Below, piece by piece: positions 60,929 to 64,000 of a DNA stretch of 64,000 nucleotides. Both the position numbers and the translations under genes were made by a program. The notes beneath the pieces were generated by a model. That model ran no database searches. It was given only the letters and a program-made list of their open reading frames with translations, and was not told the DNA's origin. Each line of letters starts with the position of its first letter. Positions within the stretch are counted from its first letter, which is position 1. The DNA comes from Bacilli bacterium (GTDB lineage: Bacteria; Bacillota_I; Bacilli_A; ML615J-28; CAG-313): NCBI GenBank assembly GCA_035362935.1, contig DAOSEC010000001.1:71665-135664 (forward strand), read 5' to 3'.

Positions 60929-63232
60929 ATGTTAAAATTAATAGAAATCAAAAAAGATTATATGCTTGCTGGAAAGCCATTTCCTGCGTTAAAAGGCGTA
61001 AATCTCGAATTTAAAGAAAATGAGTTTGTCTCAATCTTGGGACCATCAGGATGTGGCAAAACTACATTATTAAATATTATTGGCGGACTCGATAGATATA
61101 CAAGTGGAGATTTACTTATTGAAGGGAAAACTACAAAAAACTTTAAAGATCAAGATTGGGATGCTTATCGCAACGCAACTATAGGATTTGTGTTTCAAAC
61201 ATATAATCTCATCTCTCACTTATCTGTGTTAGATAATGTTGAAATGTCACTTAGACTAGCAGGTGTATCCTCGAAAGAACGAAAAGAGAGATCGAAAAAG
61301 GTTTTAATTGAAGTTGGTTTAGAAGACCACCTATACAAACGACCCAATCAGTTATCTGGTGGTCAAATGCAACGAGTTGCTATTGCTAGAGCACTGGTTA
61401 ATAATCCAAAAATATTACTAGCAGATGAACCCACAGGTGCATTAGATAGTGAAACAAGCAAACAAATCATGAAACTTATTCAAAAAATATCCAAAAACCG
61501 ATTGGTAATAATGGTTACTCACAACGCAGAGATAGCAAATTTATATACTGATCGCACCATACATCTATTAGATGGTTTGGTTACTGATGATTCACGACCA
61601 ACTGATTTAGAAAAAGAAGTGAAAGCAGAAAAACTAATTAATCAAAGAACTTCAATGTCATATGGTACGGCTATTAAAACAAGTTTTAAGAATCTACTGA
61701 CAAAAAAAGGTAGAACAATTATTACAGCAATTGCTGGAAGTATTGGCATCATTGGAATTGCTTTGGTACTTGCGATATCGAATGGAATGACACAATATAC
61801 AAGCAGATTACAATCAGACACCCTAGCTGGATTTCCGATTACCATAGATCAAACAGTCGTTCGGTTTGGACCACCAGAAGAAGTTACTAACCCAAGACCG
61901 GATTTAGAGTTTATTGACGAAGATGTGTTTTACTCTTATAATAGGGAATCGAGTTTGACGCAACATAAAAACATAATAACTTCTGAATTTATGGAATATC
62001 TTGGAGGAATGGATGTGAGTCTTTATAACTCAATTTCGTATGCAAGGGGAATCAATCTAAACTTGGTTAACCAATCAGATAATGGTGCGTATATACGAGT
62101 ACAAACATCGAGTTCAGGTAATCCATTCTTTGGGGGAAGTTCCTATTTTAATGAGTTACCTAATAATCAAGTGTTTATCAAATCACAATACGATGTTATA
62201 TTTGGTGAATTCGCATCCACTTATGATGAGGTAGTGTTGATTGTTGATGAAAGAAACCGTATTAATGTATCCTTACTTGAAAATTTAGGGATATCGATAG
62301 AGGATGAATATACCTCCTCAAGCTTAATCGGTAGAACATTTAAAGTCGTTTTAAATAACACATATTATCAAGAAGTGTCGGGAGTGTTTATTCCAACTGC
62401 TGATTATGAAACGATGTATAACGACTCTGCATCAATTACATTAACAATATCAGGGATATTACGCGTAAAAGAAGATGCTTCTACAGAAATACTTAGCACA
62501 GGCATTGGATATACAACATTTTTAACAGATTATCTATTAGAGGTAGAAAAAAATTCACTTGTTGTTGTTGCACAAAAAGCTAACCCAAATCTGAATGTTC
62601 TTACTGGACTACCCTTTAATCAAATTATTACTTACGAACAAGTTATGAGATCAATTGGTGGTGATGATACACCTGTTGGCATTCAAATCTATCCGGTTTC
62701 TTTTGATTATAAAGACGAAATCAAAAAGTACATTGATGCATACAATGTTGGTAAAGCAGAGGTTGATCAAATTATTTATACAGACCTAGCCGAATCGATC
62801 TCTTCTACCATCCAAGGATTGATTAATACCATAACCATTATACTGTCAGCGTTTGCCTCCATTTCTTTGGTGGTATCTTCTGTGATGATTGGTATTATTA
62901 CTTATGTATCTGTGGTAGAAAGAACGAAAGAAATCGGTATTATGAGAAGTTTAGGAGCACGTAAAAAGGACATATCTAGAATATTTAACGCAGAAACATT
63001 ACTCATCGGATTTACTGCAGGGCTTATTGGTATTTTTATTGCGTACATACTAATAATTCCCATTAATGTCATTGTAGAACGATTTATCGATGAAACTGGA
63101 TTTGCATCGCTTCTTGTCATCCACGCACTCCTACTGGTAGTTTTATCTACAGGATTAACATTGATCGCAGGGTTATTCCCTAGTCGCATTGCTTCAAATA
63201 AAGATCCTGTTGTTGCACTAAGAACGGAATAA
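60929..63232 (+). CDS. fused ABC transporter ATP-binding / FtsX-type permease protein (MacB-like)
   Basis: N-terminal ABC motifs (GPSGCGKTT, LSGGQMQR, LLADEPTG). The C-terminal FtsX permease has 4 TM helices and a large extracytoplasmic loop. Confidence 0.8.
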   Translation: MLKLIEIKKDYMLAGKPFPALKGVNLEFKENEFVSILGPSGCGKTTLLNIIGGLDRYTSGDLLIEGKTTKNFKDQDWDAYRNATIGFVFQTYNLISHLSVLDNVEMSLRLAGVSSKERKERSKKVLIEVGLEDHLYKRPNQLSGGQMQRVAIARALVNNPKILLADEPTGALDSETSKQIMKLIQKISKNRLVIMVTHNAEIANLYTDRTIHLLDGLVTDDSRPTDLEKEVKAEKLINQRTSMSYGTAIKTSFKNLLTKKGRTIITAIAGSIGIIGIALVLAISNGMTQYTSRLQSDTLAGFPITIDQTVVRFGPPEEVTNPRPDLEFIDEDVFYSYNRESSLTQHKNIITSEFMEYLGGMDVSLYNSISYARGINLNLVNQSDNGAYIRVQTSSSGNPFFGGSSYFNELPNNQVFIKSQYDVIFGEFASTYDEVVLIVDERNRINVSLLENLGISIEDEYTSSSLIGRTFKVVLNNTYYQEVSGVFIPTADYETMYNDSASITLTISGILRVKEDASTEILSTGIGYTTFLTDYLLEVEKNSLVVVAQKANPNLNVLTGLPFNQIITYEQVMRSIGGDDTPVGIQIYPVSFDYKDEIKKYIDAYNVGKAEVDQIIYTDLAESISSTIQGLINTITIILSAFASISLVVSSVMIGIITYVSVVERTKEIGIMRSLGARKKDISRIFNAETLLIGFTAGLIGIFIAYILIIPINVIVERFIDETGFASLLVIHALLLVVLSTGLTLIAGLFPSRIASNKDPVVALRTE

Positions 63233-63270
63233 TTGAACTTGATTCACACACATTACAAAACGAGACTGTA

Positions 63271-63303
63271 AAGACTCATCTATTAATGATGGGTCTTTTT
63301 TCA
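63271..63303 (+). terminator. rho-independent terminator
   Basis: 10-bp stem AAGACTCATC/GATGGGTCTT with one G-U pair, followed by TTTTTTT. Confidence 0.65.
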
Positions 63304-63331
63304 TAGTTGAATGATAAAAACTGAACTAGAC

Positions 63332-63361
63332 TTGACTTTTTACGCATATACGAACTATAAT
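63332..63361 (+). promoter_or_regulatory. candidate promoter (TTGACT, 18-nt spacer, TATAAT) for the alpha-galactosidase gene
   Basis: Hexamers seen. It leaves a ~125-nt leader before the SD AAGGAGGA. Confidence 0.35.
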
Positions 63362-63487
63362 TCTACTATAAGCAAATTAGTAATAAACATAAGACCAATG
63401 CAATAAGAAATCTGTCTTCAAAATCAACCTAGTTACACTACCTAAAAGACTGATTCCTTTTTATTATAGTATCAAGGAGGATACCTA

Positions 63488-64000
63488 ATGATTAAGGTGA
63501 AAGATAATTACTTTTCTCTAGAAACCAAGGATTTGAGTTATATCTTTCGAGTGATGGAAACAGGGCAACTCGAACAACTTTACTTTGGATCAAAGTTGGT
63601 TGATGAGAATTATTTACCACTACACACAAAAATAACTACAGGTGTAGGATCTTCTATCGTATATGAACGAAATGGAAGTAAAACTTGTCTGGATTTAATT
63701 CCACTGGAATATTCAGGCATAGGGAAAGGAGACTTTCGGTTATCTCCGCTAGAGGTAAAAATGCCAAATCAATCATATGTTACTGATTTTATATATGATA
63801 GTTATGAAATAGTATCTGGTGTTGTGGAAAGTAAAGAATTACCCAATCCGAGGGGGGAAGCAAAAAGTTTAATTGTATATATGAAAGACGATTCTCAACA
63901 CGTGTCACTAAAACTAATATATACTGTTTTTTATGAATCGAATATGATTGCTAGAAAAGTAATCATAACCAACCACAATCAAGAGAACATAACAATTAGA
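63488..64000 (+). CDS. alpha-galactosidase (GH36), N-terminal part. It continues beyond the window.
   Basis: The N-terminal ...LETKDLSYIFRVMETGQLEQLYFG... resembles the GH36 AgaA/MelA start (TSY..RV.E.GHLEHLY.G). A strong SD precedes the ATG at 63488. The ORF is still open at nt 64000. Confidence 0.65.
   Translation, partial: MIKVKDNYFSLETKDLSYIFRVMETGQLEQLYFGSKLVDENYLPLHTKITTGVGSSIVYERNGSKTCLDLIPLEYSGIGKGDFRLSPLEVKMPNQSYVTDFIYDSYEIVSGVVESKELPNPRGEAKSLIVYMKDDSQHVSLKLIYTVFYESNMIARKVIITNHNQENITIR

Overview
The window is a low-GC (about 33% by eye), Firmicutes/Mollicutes-like chromosomal segment. It carries roughly 55 protein genes, almost all on the + strand, and most are conserved housekeeping genes. 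Those I recognise from motifs are glyA, aspA, a malic enzyme, rpmE, tdk, tadA, dusB, hflX, a class II-like ribonucleotide reductase, cdaA, mgsA, ispD/ispF, the tsaE-tsaB-rimI-tsaD block, glnS, pcrA, ligA, uvrA, lgt, trxB, whiA, acpS, ABC transporters, tRNA-Ser/tRNA-Glu and a small SRP RNA. No transposase, integrase, CRISPR array or rRNA is visible. Three regions stand out. The first is an 8.2-kb gene (5925-14165) for a 2746-aa, highly acidic protein. It has a CvpA-like N-terminal membrane domain and about eight tandem ~200-aa (~600-bp) repeats. The second is an operon (22927-28767) of a 1489-aa DUF4011/Upf1-like SF1 'helicase' whose motor motifs look degenerate, an overlapping ankyrin-repeat gene, and the c-di-AMP synthase gene cdaA. 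The third is a block of four uncharacterised membrane/coiled-coil genes (35954-43123), including a second CvpA-like protein with a large extension, that sits inside the tsa / glnS / pcrA / ligA housekeeping gene row. Smaller items are a candidate promoter-to-terminator small RNA upstream of rpmE and palindromic putative operators. All calls come from reading motifs in the supplied translations. No database search was possible.
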